A DNA stretch of 64,000 nucleotides from Candidatus Altimarinota bacterium. GTDB lineage: Bacteria > Patescibacteriota > Gracilibacteria > 1-14-2-50-48-13. The position numbers and the translations under genes are program-made. Below, piece after piece: positions 8,525 through 17,031 of the stretch. The stretch lies in contig JBKBWQ010000001.1 of the NCBI GenBank assembly GCA_046314355.1, positions 32,001 through 96,000 on the forward strand. Direction: 5' to 3'. Positions within the stretch are counted from its first letter, which is position 1, and the number at the start of each line of letters is the position of its first letter. The notes under the pieces are model-generated. The model worked only from the letters and a program-made list of their open reading frames with translations. It did no database searches and had not been told where the DNA came from.

Positions 8525-10483
8525 ATGAAAAGCGCTCTGACATTCCTCAAAGTCTTTGGGTTATACTTCTTACTTTCTTGCGCTCTTCTGGGATTTTCAC
8601 CAATTTTGCTGCCTTTACTGCGTTTATTTTCCTTCGATCCATATCCTTCATATTCAGTAAATTTTATACACGGGATTATTCTTGTTGTAGCAGGAGCGCT
8701 GAGTGTAGGACTTGGATACTTGCTGTATGGAAAAAGCGTCAATGATGAAAAATTTGAAAAATATGCAACTTTCTGCGGAGTTGTCTTTATTTCTCTGTGT
8801 ATACAGGGATTAGTACAATTCTCCACTCCATTTTTTGCGGACTCAAATGATAGCTTCTATCATGCAAAGATGGCACAGATGATTTTAGATAATGGGATTG
8901 TACAGCAATTCCCATGGCTGTACTTTACTACGCTCAATCAGAATTTTGTTGATCACCACTTTCTTTTTCATGTGATTCTTATTCCATTTATCCAGATTGG
9001 AAAATTGTTTACACCTGGAGATGTGAATGCTGGGATCATTCTTGGTGCTAAATCGGCTATTGTACTTGCCATATCACTTTTTACAGGAGCTTTTTATCTT
9101 CTTCTTCATCATTTCAAAGTACGTATTTGGCCTGTTTGGATAATGCTTCTTCTCGCTGTACCGTATGATTTCTTCTTCCGTATGCACATGGTGCGTGTGC
9201 AGAGCATTTCTCTTCTTGTAATGCTGCTTGGACTCTGGGCATTATTTGAACAGAAATATAAACTCCTTGGAGTACTTTGTTTTCTCTATGTGACCCTTTA
9301 TGGAGGATTTTTCTTCCTTCCTATTTTTGTGGGTATATATTTTGTAGTACATTATATTAGAAATAGAGAGTTTTTATGGACGCCGCTGCTCTGGGCATTT
9401 GGAGGTATGGCACTTGGATTTCTTACAAGCCCATATATGCTTAAGACGCTCGGCTTTCTGCAGCAGCAGGTATTTGAAACAGGCCTTGGTTATGCGAAGA
9501 ATGATCTGAATGTAGGTGGAGAGTGGAGACCCTATGACACTTGGTATATTTTCCAAATGGGAATAGTAACTTTCACAGTACAGTTTCTAGCTATTACATG
9601 GGTATTTATAAAAGGACTAAAGCAGAATACTAAATCGATTACTGTATTTCTGATCTCACTCTTTTTCCTCATTCTGATGTGGAAGTCAAAGAGATTTGTA
9701 GAGTATTGGCCGGCATTTGCTATCCTCTCTTCTGCATATCTTCTGAGAGATGAGTTTACAAAGATATCTCTCAAGATTTCTCATCTTATTACGCTCACAG
9801 CGAGTTTTGCTGCTCTTGCATTGCTGGGTAACGTTGTTACTTCAAGCAAGATTTTTTCTCAGATATCTACGCAGCCTGGAAGTCCAGCGATGAAAGGTAT
9901 GTTTGCGGCGTTTATATTTATAGTACTTTTTGTGAGTATTGGTATTTTTCTCTACCAGGAGAATAAAAAGAAGGAACAAAAATATTCTGTCTTTGCAACT
10001 ACGGGATTGGCATTGGCTTTTGTCTTACTGCCTATGGTATCGTATCAGAACTTCCAGCTTGTAGAGCGTGATATCAGCTCAGAGACTCAGCCAAATCCGC
10101 AAAGTGCCTATATACGTGGGGCTGAAAATATTATGAATTGTATTTTAGTACAGGGGCAGGCTCAAAAGGGAGATATTGTTATGACCGATGACTGGGACGT
10201 GTTTCCTCTTTTCTTTTTCTATAATAGTGTAAATAACTATATTTTAGGACTGGATCCGGTATTTATGTATAAGCTGGATAAAAATCTTTATACGCAGTTT
10301 GCCAATATTACGATCGGAACGGAGCGCGATAATCTACCGGAGAAGATAAAGAATACCTTTAAGTCAAAGTTTATTGTTGTGGATAAATATCACAATAGTT
10401 TTAAGGGAAATATAGAAGAGTATCCTGATGCGTTTAAGAAGCTTTGTGATAATCCGGAGTTTACTGCATATAAGGTGCAGTAG
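8525..10483 (+). CDS. Polytopic GT-C-fold glycosyltransferase-like protein (STT3/AglB-like)
   Basis: Many TM helices; DSFYH, VGGEWRP, KRFVEY and soluble C-terminal VMTDDWD motifs. Confidence 0.6.
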   Translation: MKSALTFLKVFGLYFLLSCALLGFSPILLPLLRLFSFDPYPSYSVNFIHGIILVVAGALSVGLGYLLYGKSVNDEKFEKYATFCGVVFISLCIQGLVQFSTPFFADSNDSFYHAKMAQMILDNGIVQQFPWLYFTTLNQNFVDHHFLFHVILIPFIQIGKLFTPGDVNAGIILGAKSAIVLAISLFTGAFYLLLHHFKVRIWPVWIMLLLAVPYDFFFRMHMVRVQSISLLVMLLGLWALFEQKYKLLGVLCFLYVTLYGGFFFLPIFVGIYFVVHYIRNREFLWTPLLWAFGGMALGFLTSPYMLKTLGFLQQQVFETGLGYAKNDLNVGGEWRPYDTWYIFQMGIVTFTVQFLAITWVFIKGLKQNTKSITVFLISLFFLILMWKSKRFVEYWPAFAILSSAYLLRDEFTKISLKISHLITLTASFAALALLGNVVTSSKIFSQISTQPGSPAMKGMFAAFIFIVLFVSIGIFLYQENKKKEQKYSVFATTGLALAFVLLPMVSYQNFQLVERDISSETQPNPQSAYIRGAENIMNCILVQGQAQKGDIVMTDDWDVFPLFFFYNSVNNYILGLDPVFMYKLDKNLYTQFANITIGTERDNLPEKIKNTFKSKFIVVDKYHNSFKGNIEEYPDAFKKLCDNPEFTAYKVQ

Positions 10484-10491
10484 GGCTTTTT

Positions 10492-10768
10492 CTTTTGTAA
10501 CCAAAAGAAACAAAAGTTTTGGGGGAGGAGAAAAGCGTCTAGCAGGATTCCGTGAGATCTACATGTGATCAGACGCTTCTCCTACCCCAAACCCCCAGGG
10601 ACGGTGAGGTCTAGATAAAGACTCGAGTTACTAGTTACTAGTGACTGTCACTAGCCACTAGTAACTATGCACCCTGACATGTAGCTGAGATACATGTCAG
10701 GGCTCGGGGAAGGCCTATGAGTGCCTATCCCCCTGAGAAGGGGGACCCAGGGGGGTTGAGCCCGAGAA
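10492..10768. repeat. Structured intergenic repeat element, copy 2
   Basis: Same block order as 2743-2993, with different loop sequences and a heptamer-repeat insert. Confidence 0.85.
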
Positions 10769-10984
10769 AATATGAACTGCGGGATCCAAACACAAAAGTT
10801 TCGGAAATGCTTTCACTTAAGCCAAAAATAATAAAGAGTAATTTTATTGCGTCGCATTATGGTACTGCCCTTATTTCTGTCAATTCCTTTTCCCCGCATT
10901 TTCCATATATATCTGTAAAATAAATTGAGTTTCCTGTAAAAAGCAGGTACTATCTTTACCGTTCTATTCATATAACCCGATTGC

Positions 10985-13810
10985 ATGGCAGGACTTTTAC
11001 AAAAACTATTTGGGGATCCGAATGACAAAGAGATTAAGAGATTACGACCTACTGTTGATAAAATTAATACACTTGAAATAGATCTTCAGGCTCTCTCTGA
11101 AGAGGAGCTAAAAGCTAAGGTTGCTTCTTTTCAGGCTGACATAGCTGAGTACGTTGCTTCACAGAGAGAGAAAGTAGAGACTCTTGAAAAGAGACTTGAA
11201 GAGGATGAGGTTGTAGAGAATCTTGACCTAAAGAAAGAGATCAAGATGAAATATGATCATGAGTATGAGAAACTAAATACTATGTATCAGCAGAAACTTG
11301 ATGATATGCTTGTGGATGTATTTGCCGTTATCAAAAACGCTTGCCGAAGACTTGTGGGTACTACTTACGAGGTTCGTGGAAGCGAGGTTACGTGGAACAT
11401 TGTTCCGTTTGATGTACAGATGATTGGTGGAATGGTGCTGCATGCAGGTCGTATTTCAGAGATGCGTACGGGTGAAGGTAAGACCTTTGTGGCGACTTTC
11501 CCGGTTATTTTGAATGCTCTTACAGGTAGAGGAGTGCATCTGATTACAGTAAATGACTATCTTGCGCAGCGAGATGCTGAGTGGATGGCTCATCTTTATG
11601 AATATCTTGGTCTCTCTGTTGGTGTGATCCATGCGGGGATGTCTCTTGATCAGAAAAAGGAAGCGTACGCTAAAGATATTACTTATGGTACAAATAACGA
11701 GTTCGGATTCGATTATTTGAGAGATAACATGGCAGTAGATGTAGCTCAAATGGTACAGCGCGGACTGAACTTTGCGATTGTGGATGAGGTTGACTCAATC
11801 TTGATCGATGAAGCGCGTACACCTCTTATCATCTCTGCTCCGGCGGATGAATCCACTGATAAATATTATCAGTATGCAAAATTAGTAGACCAGCTCGAAG
11901 AAAATACTCACTACAATATTGATGAAAAACAGAAGACTGCCACTCTCAATGAAGTAGGTATTACCAAGATGGAGCAGCTTCTAGGAGTAGAAAACATCTA
12001 TACAGAAGGAGGCTTTAGAGAAGTGCATCATATGGAGCAGGCACTCAAGGCAAAGGCGTGTTTTCAGAAGGATGTGGACTATGTGGTGAGTCCTGAAAAT
12101 GAAATCGTAATCATTGATGAATTTACCGGACGTATGCTTGCAGGTAGACGGTACAGTGAAGGACTTCATCAAGCTATTGAAGCGAAGGAAAATGTAGAGG
12201 TACAGAGAGAGAGTATGACACTCGCAACAGTGACATTTCAGAATCTTTTCCGTCTTTACAACAAACTCGCGGGAATGACTGGTACAGCTATGACAGAGGC
12301 TGAGGAGTTTGGAAAAATCTATAAACTCGAAGTAATTGCAATCCCTACGAATAGAAATGTAATTCGTATTGATAAACCAGATGCTATCTTTGCTACGGAG
12401 AAGGGAAAGTATCAGGCGGTAGTAAATATAGTGAAAGAACGACATGAGAAGGGACAGCCGATTCTTATTGGTACTATTTCTATTGAGAAATCAGAAGCCT
12501 TAAGCCGAGAGCTTGAAAAAGCTGGAATACCGCATACCGTATTGAATGCAAAATTTCATGAACAGGAGGCGGAGATTGTAGCTAAAGCAGGTGAAAAAGG
12601 AGCGGTAACTATCGCGACTAATATGGCAGGACGAGGAACGGATATCAAACTTGGTGAAGGTGTTACGGATCTTGGCGGTCTCTGCATTATAGGTACTGAG
12701 CGACATGAATCACGACGTATTGATAATCAGCTCAGAGGACGAGCAGGACGACAGGGAGATCCTGGAGAAACACAGTTCTACGTGAGTATGGATGACGATC
12801 TTATGCGTATTTTCGGTGGAGATCGTATGAAGTCTATCATGCAGACCTTGAAGGTACCTGAAGATATGGCTATTGAAAACAGCATGATCTCTTCACAGAT
12901 TGAACAGGCACAGAAAAAAGTAGAAAACCACCACTTTGACACGCGAGAGCATATTGTAAAATATGATGATGTGATGAATAAGCATAGAGAAATTATTTAT
13001 GCTCGAAGAAGAAGAATTCTTAAGCATAAAAACCTTAAGGCAGAAGTAGTGGAGATTATCAAGCAGGAGGCGTCACGTTTAGTAATAGAACAGACTTCTA
13101 AGCCAGATGCTGCAGATTGGAATTATAAAGAGTTATCTGAAATTGTAAGTACACTTCATAAGGATGAAACAGCAGGAATGACTCCTGAGTCTCTTGAAGA
13201 TTCCTTTGGAAGAGATGCTATTATAGATAAGGTAACTGACTATCTTTTGAAAGCCTATCACGCAAAGGAAGCACTACTTCCAGATGCAGATACGATGAGA
13301 AGAGTGGAGCGTGGAATATATCTTAGAGCCATTGACGTACTTTGGATGGAGCACCTTGAAAATATGGTATATCTTCGTCAGGGAGTTGCTCTTCGAGGGT
13401 ATGGACAAAGAGATCCACTAGTGGAGTATAAATCAGAAGCATTCGTATACTTTGAGAAAATGCTCAGAGAGATTGATAAGAATGTAATGAATACACTCTT
13501 CCGTATGGATATGAACCAGTTTGTACCTCAGCCACAGGTAATCCAGCTAAATGCTGAATCTTCTGACCTTATCACAAATCAGTCAGAGATTGAAAAAAAT
13601 CTTACTGAAGAAGACATGACTGTCTATGACAATAAGGTAAGCATGGCAGGAATTCAGAAGAAACAGGTACAGGTCATCCAGGCAGGTAGTGGTGGAATGA
13701 GCTTTAAGACTGGTGAACCAAAGAAGAAAGCTGAAGAGCAGGGTAGAAATGATGACTGTAACTGCGGATCTGGGAAGAAATATAAGAAATGTCACGGAAA
13801 AACTGAGTAA
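10985..13810 (+). CDS. secA: Preprotein translocase subunit SecA
   Basis: MRTGEGKT, TVNDYLA, GTNNEFGFDYLRDN, IVDEVDSILIDEARTPLIIS, ATNMAGRGTDI, C-terminal GRNDDCNCGSGKKYKKCHG. Confidence 0.98.
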   Translation: MAGLLQKLFGDPNDKEIKRLRPTVDKINTLEIDLQALSEEELKAKVASFQADIAEYVASQREKVETLEKRLEEDEVVENLDLKKEIKMKYDHEYEKLNTMYQQKLDDMLVDVFAVIKNACRRLVGTTYEVRGSEVTWNIVPFDVQMIGGMVLHAGRISEMRTGEGKTFVATFPVILNALTGRGVHLITVNDYLAQRDAEWMAHLYEYLGLSVGVIHAGMSLDQKKEAYAKDITYGTNNEFGFDYLRDNMAVDVAQMVQRGLNFAIVDEVDSILIDEARTPLIISAPADESTDKYYQYAKLVDQLEENTHYNIDEKQKTATLNEVGITKMEQLLGVENIYTEGGFREVHHMEQALKAKACFQKDVDYVVSPENEIVIIDEFTGRMLAGRRYSEGLHQAIEAKENVEVQRESMTLATVTFQNLFRLYNKLAGMTGTAMTEAEEFGKIYKLEVIAIPTNRNVIRIDKPDAIFATEKGKYQAVVNIVKERHEKGQPILIGTISIEKSEALSRELEKAGIPHTVLNAKFHEQEAEIVAKAGEKGAVTIATNMAGRGTDIKLGEGVTDLGGLCIIGTERHESRRIDNQLRGRAGRQGDPGETQFYVSMDDDLMRIFGGDRMKSIMQTLKVPEDMAIENSMISSQIEQAQKKVENHHFDTREHIVKYDDVMNKHREIIYARRRRILKHKNLKAEVVEIIKQEASRLVIEQTSKPDAADWNYKELSEIVSTLHKDETAGMTPESLEDSFGRDAIIDKVTDYLLKAYHAKEALLPDADTMRRVERGIYLRAIDVLWMEHLENMVYLRQGVALRGYGQRDPLVEYKSEAFVYFEKMLREIDKNVMNTLFRMDMNQFVPQPQVIQLNAESSDLITNQSEIEKNLTEEDMTVYDNKVSMAGIQKKQVQVIQAGSGGMSFKTGEPKKKAEEQGRNDDCNCGSGKKYKKCHGKTE

Positions 13811-13814
13811 GAGT

Positions 13815-13850
13815 AAGAAACCCCTGGAATCTAGATGTCAGGGGTTTCTT
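13815..13850 (+). terminator. Intrinsic terminator after secA
   Basis: AAGAAACCCCTG...CAGGGGTTTCTT stem followed by T-rich sequence. Confidence 0.8.
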
Positions 13851-13874
13851 TAATAATATCTTTTTTTTTGTTCT

Positions 13875-14402
13875 ATGGAATCAAGATGGCATTATGAACG
13901 CACTCCGGATAATAAAGCACGCTTTATCTTGGGTGAACCTGGAAATAAAACGCTAGTGTGTATAGGAGTAAACCCAAGTACAGCGGAACCTGAAAAGCTG
14001 GATAATACTTTGACTACGGTGCGTAGATATGCCTATAGCCTTGGATATGATTCTTGGATGATGCTCAATCTCTATCCTCAAAGAGCTACCAATCCAAATG
14101 ACATGCATATGGATATGAACCAGCTCTATCATTCATCAAATCTCGCAGCTATTGAGAAACTCTTCAAGGAGCGTGAGTGTGATATTTGGGCAGCATGGGG
14201 AACACTTATCAAAAAGAGAGAATATTTAACTAAGTGTCTGCTGGATATTCATGCTCTTTCAGTAAACTCAAAAGTGCAGTGGTATACAATTGGCAAACGT
14301 TCTATACAGGGACATCCTCACCATCCGTTATATTTAAAGAAAGACCTTACGATGGATATTTTTGATCTGGAAGAGTATATTGAGAGACTGATGAGAAACT
14401 GA
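13875..14402 (+). CDS. DUF1643 domain protein
   Basis: IGVNPSTA...DNT, NLYPQRATNP, AAWG, HPHHPLY motifs. Confidence 0.85.
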   Translation: MESRWHYERTPDNKARFILGEPGNKTLVCIGVNPSTAEPEKLDNTLTTVRRYAYSLGYDSWMMLNLYPQRATNPNDMHMDMNQLYHSSNLAAIEKLFKERECDIWAAWGTLIKKREYLTKCLLDIHALSVNSKVQWYTIGKRSIQGHPHHPLYLKKDLTMDIFDLEEYIERLMRN

Positions 14403-14435
14403 TATACTAGTTTATTGTAAATAATCATCAACAAT

Positions 14436-14975
14436 ATGCATATTGTCCTCTCGTCGCTCGATTCAGACCTTGCTTCTATAGTAGAAAATGTAGCACACCG
14501 CTACGTAGATTTCGTAGACCGTTTTGAGATGGCGGATGAGTTTCTGAATGCACCTGATCTTCCTGTTACACCTGAATCTTTACTTTTAGCTGTCACACAA
14601 GGAGCGCAGTCTGCATGGAATATAGAGATCACACTTAGTGTTGCAGCTACACAAGGTATACTATCTCTTCCTGGAGAGGAGAATCATGCTTATCTGATTT
14701 CTGCTGCTGCTATTTTTGATGGAGAAGACACTTACGCAGTATTTGGACAATCAGTATTGCTCCCAAAAAATATAAGTGAACTTTTTTTGAAAAAAGGCTA
14801 TAGCATAGCCCAGGTAGAAGAAGTTTTTCCTACACTATTCTCAGCAACTGGAATGGAAGGAGATACGTACCTTGTCTCTCAGCTTACGAGAGGGTTGATG
14901 AGTTATGCTCAGTTTATGGAAAGCGCAGTATCAGGTGCTTTCATAGCATATATGAATAGAGATCGCTTTCAGTAA
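14436..14975 (+). CDS. Hypothetical protein, possibly a diverged YjjX/DUF84 (ITPase-like) homolog
   Basis: Length and C-terminal LTRG...AVSGA pattern resemble YjjX; conserved motifs are degenerate. Confidence 0.4.
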   Translation: MHIVLSSLDSDLASIVENVAHRYVDFVDRFEMADEFLNAPDLPVTPESLLLAVTQGAQSAWNIEITLSVAATQGILSLPGEENHAYLISAAAIFDGEDTYAVFGQSVLLPKNISELFLKKGYSIAQVEEVFPTLFSATGMEGDTYLVSQLTRGLMSYAQFMESAVSGAFIAYMNRDRFQ

Positions 14976-15081
14976 GCCCTTAAAAAGATCTGTACTTGAT
15001 ATAATAAAAAAATAATCTTTAACGCTATTGCATCTTTTTTTGGAAGGGATATAATCCGCCAAACTATTTCTCCAAGAATAT

Positions 15082-15729
15082 ATGGCATCAGATAATATTG
15101 AAAAGAGCTCGGAAGATCGCTTAATAGAAAGAACACCTTTGATTGAGTCTTCACGGATAAAAAATTTCATCAATATGGTTGGAGAGAAACTACGCAACTT
15201 ACTGCAGTCACCTCCATCTACAAAAGAGCATGAAGAATATATGCTGCGTAACATGCATAAGTGGAAAGCATTTTCTTTTGATCCTATTTTTGAGAGACAC
15301 CAGCTTCTGAATGACTTTCAGACACTTATTGATTTTACAGATGACAGTTTAAACAAGAAATGTCCTGGTCTAAATAGTGTCTTGAACGCTCTCATGAGTA
15401 AGAGAATGAGAGATCATCTTAGATTTAATAGAGTGATTAATACACAAGAACAGATACAGATTGAAAATAAATTGCTTATGGAGATAGTAAGTAGTGTCTA
15501 TTTTCAGATGTACGATAAGCTAACTGATGGAATGTATAATGATACTCCACAGCTTAAAAAATATCAGCATGAATATAAAGATGCTGAAGAAATTCTCTAT
15601 TGTTGTCTTAATAAAAAGTTTGACTCTATTCCAAAAAAGCATATCTCTCTTTGGAGCTTATGGGAGAAGTATGGTATTACTGATATATTTGCAAAACCTA
15701 AAGAGCTGCCTCCGGAGAAGCAGCTCTAA
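15082..15729 (+). CDS. Hypothetical protein (215 aa)
   Basis: ATG ORF filling the intergenic space, with an upstream TATAAT. Confidence 0.7.
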   Translation: MASDNIEKSSEDRLIERTPLIESSRIKNFINMVGEKLRNLLQSPPSTKEHEEYMLRNMHKWKAFSFDPIFERHQLLNDFQTLIDFTDDSLNKKCPGLNSVLNALMSKRMRDHLRFNRVINTQEQIQIENKLLMEIVSSVYFQMYDKLTDGMYNDTPQLKKYQHEYKDAEEILYCCLNKKFDSIPKKHISLWSLWEKYGITDIFAKPKELPPEKQL

Positions 15730-15734
15730 GATAT

Positions 15735-16094
15735 TTACTCCTGTTCATCAAGTTTCTGCTTTGCTTCAATAGTATTCACTGGTCGAGCCATAAGAATAAG
15801 CTTTACAATAGCCCATGCAACAAGCCAGTATATAAGCATCGCAAGAAGTGTAGACCATTCAAGTACACTTCCGCTTACGCTATTTGCTGGAAATACTGCG
15901 AGGAATGGAGCGGCGAGCACACCTGAAGTATCATAAATGAATCTTGTAAAACCTGCGGCATCATTTGCATCAAGAAGTTTGAGTACAAACCTAAGCAGCA
16001 AAAGTGATTCGATAAGTCCAAGTACGTACCAAACGACCTGTGTTCCACGGAAAAGAGGTCGGATCTGTGAAGTGCGGTTTTCCTGATATTCCAT
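15735..16094 (-). CDS. YggT-family membrane protein
   Basis: LLLLRFVLKLLDAN...FIYDTS...LAAPF...EWSTLLAMLIY; start placed at ATG 16094. Confidence 0.8.
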   Translation of the reverse strand: MEYQENRTSQIRPLFRGTQVVWYVLGLIESLLLLRFVLKLLDANDAAGFTRFIYDTSGVLAAPFLAVFPANSVSGSVLEWSTLLAMLIYWLVAWAIVKLILMARPVNTIEAKQKLDEQE

Positions 16095-16170
16095 AGAAGA
16101 GAAGAGTAAGTAGTATAATCCACAAGTATCTCTTCTTTTGATCAAACTGTCAAATTTTACTGTTATAAAA

Positions 16171-16204
16171 ATATAAAAGAGTCTAAAAATAGACTCTTTT
16201 ATAT
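16171..16204. terminator. Intrinsic terminator after ppa
   Basis: ATATAAAAGAGTCTA-AAAA-TAGACTCTTTTATAT. Confidence 0.7.
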
Positions 16205-16223
16205 AACGTTTTTAACACTGCAA

Positions 16224-16760
16224 TTATGCACTAAACTTTTTCTTATGATCTTCCACTCCAGTTGTAATTTTCTCAAAGGCAGCTTCCTTTGTATTAAATC
16301 CTTTTACATCTACTTCCTTATTCTTGATCTTCTTGTAGTTTGAGAAGTAGAAAAGAATTTGTTTTCTATACTGTTCAGGAAGATCCTCTATTACCTGTAC
16401 TTCATTCAGTCTTGCATCATCTGCAGGAACACAGACAATTTTGTCATCTTTCTCTCCGCTGTCGATCATCTCGAGAAGCCCGATCACACGGCAAGGGACC
16501 ATCACTCCCATCTGAATAGGATTTGTACAGATCACAAGTGCGTCAGCAGGATCATTGTCATCAGAGTTCCAGCACTGTGGGATAAATCCATAATTCGTTG
16601 GGAACGGCATTGGAGCATAATTCACACGGTCTAGAAGAAATATGCCTTTTTCGTGATCATACTCATACTTCATATTTGATCCTTCTGATATCTCAATGAT
16701 TACATTTACTTCTTCAGGAAGCTTATCTCCAGTAGGAATTGAATGGTATAGACTCTCCAT
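16224..16760 (-). CDS. ppa: Inorganic pyrophosphatase (family I)
   Basis: IIEI...KYEYD...LDR...PTNYGFIP...DNDPAD...MIDSGEKDDK; start placed at ATG 16760. Confidence 0.93.
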   Translation of the reverse strand: MESLYHSIPTGDKLPEEVNVIIEISEGSNMKYEYDHEKGIFLLDRVNYAPMPFPTNYGFIPQCWNSDDNDPADALVICTNPIQMGVMVPCRVIGLLEMIDSGEKDDKIVCVPADDARLNEVQVIEDLPEQYRKQILFYFSNYKKIKNKEVDVKGFNTKEAAFEKITTGVEDHKKKFSA

Positions 16761-16898
16761 GACAATAGAACAAAATATAAAATTTATGTACTGGTAGTGT
16801 AGCGAAAAGCACCCTAAAGTCAACGTTCGCAGGAACTGTTGTAACTTTATAATTACAGTACCCGCTTGGCAAAATATCAGGTGTGTGTAAAGTCATGC

Positions 16899-16964
16899 AT
16901 GTGGATCAGAGATGAGCTACATATCCCGGGGGTGGAGAGGTGCATCCCCGGGGCTAAACTTTTT
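16899..16964 (+). ncRNA. Candidate small non-coding RNA (two hairpins)
   Basis: ATGTGG-A-TCA-GAGA-TGA-G-CTACAT hairpin, then CCCGGGGGTG/CATCCCCGGG stem and T-run; promoter-like TTGGCA...TAAAGT upstream. Confidence 0.35.
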
Positions 16965-17031
16965 AAAAATGAAATGAAATTGTGATATAATAGAATAAAA
17001 TAAATTTAAATCAAATCTGCCCCTCCATCTC

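Noticed and set aside
16885-16955. Fluoride riboswitch on the minus strand upstream of ppa (GGGGAUG...CUCC, AUGACUUUAC)
   Set aside because: The required pseudoknot complementarity is missing; the GNRA loop and G-U pairs favour the + strand
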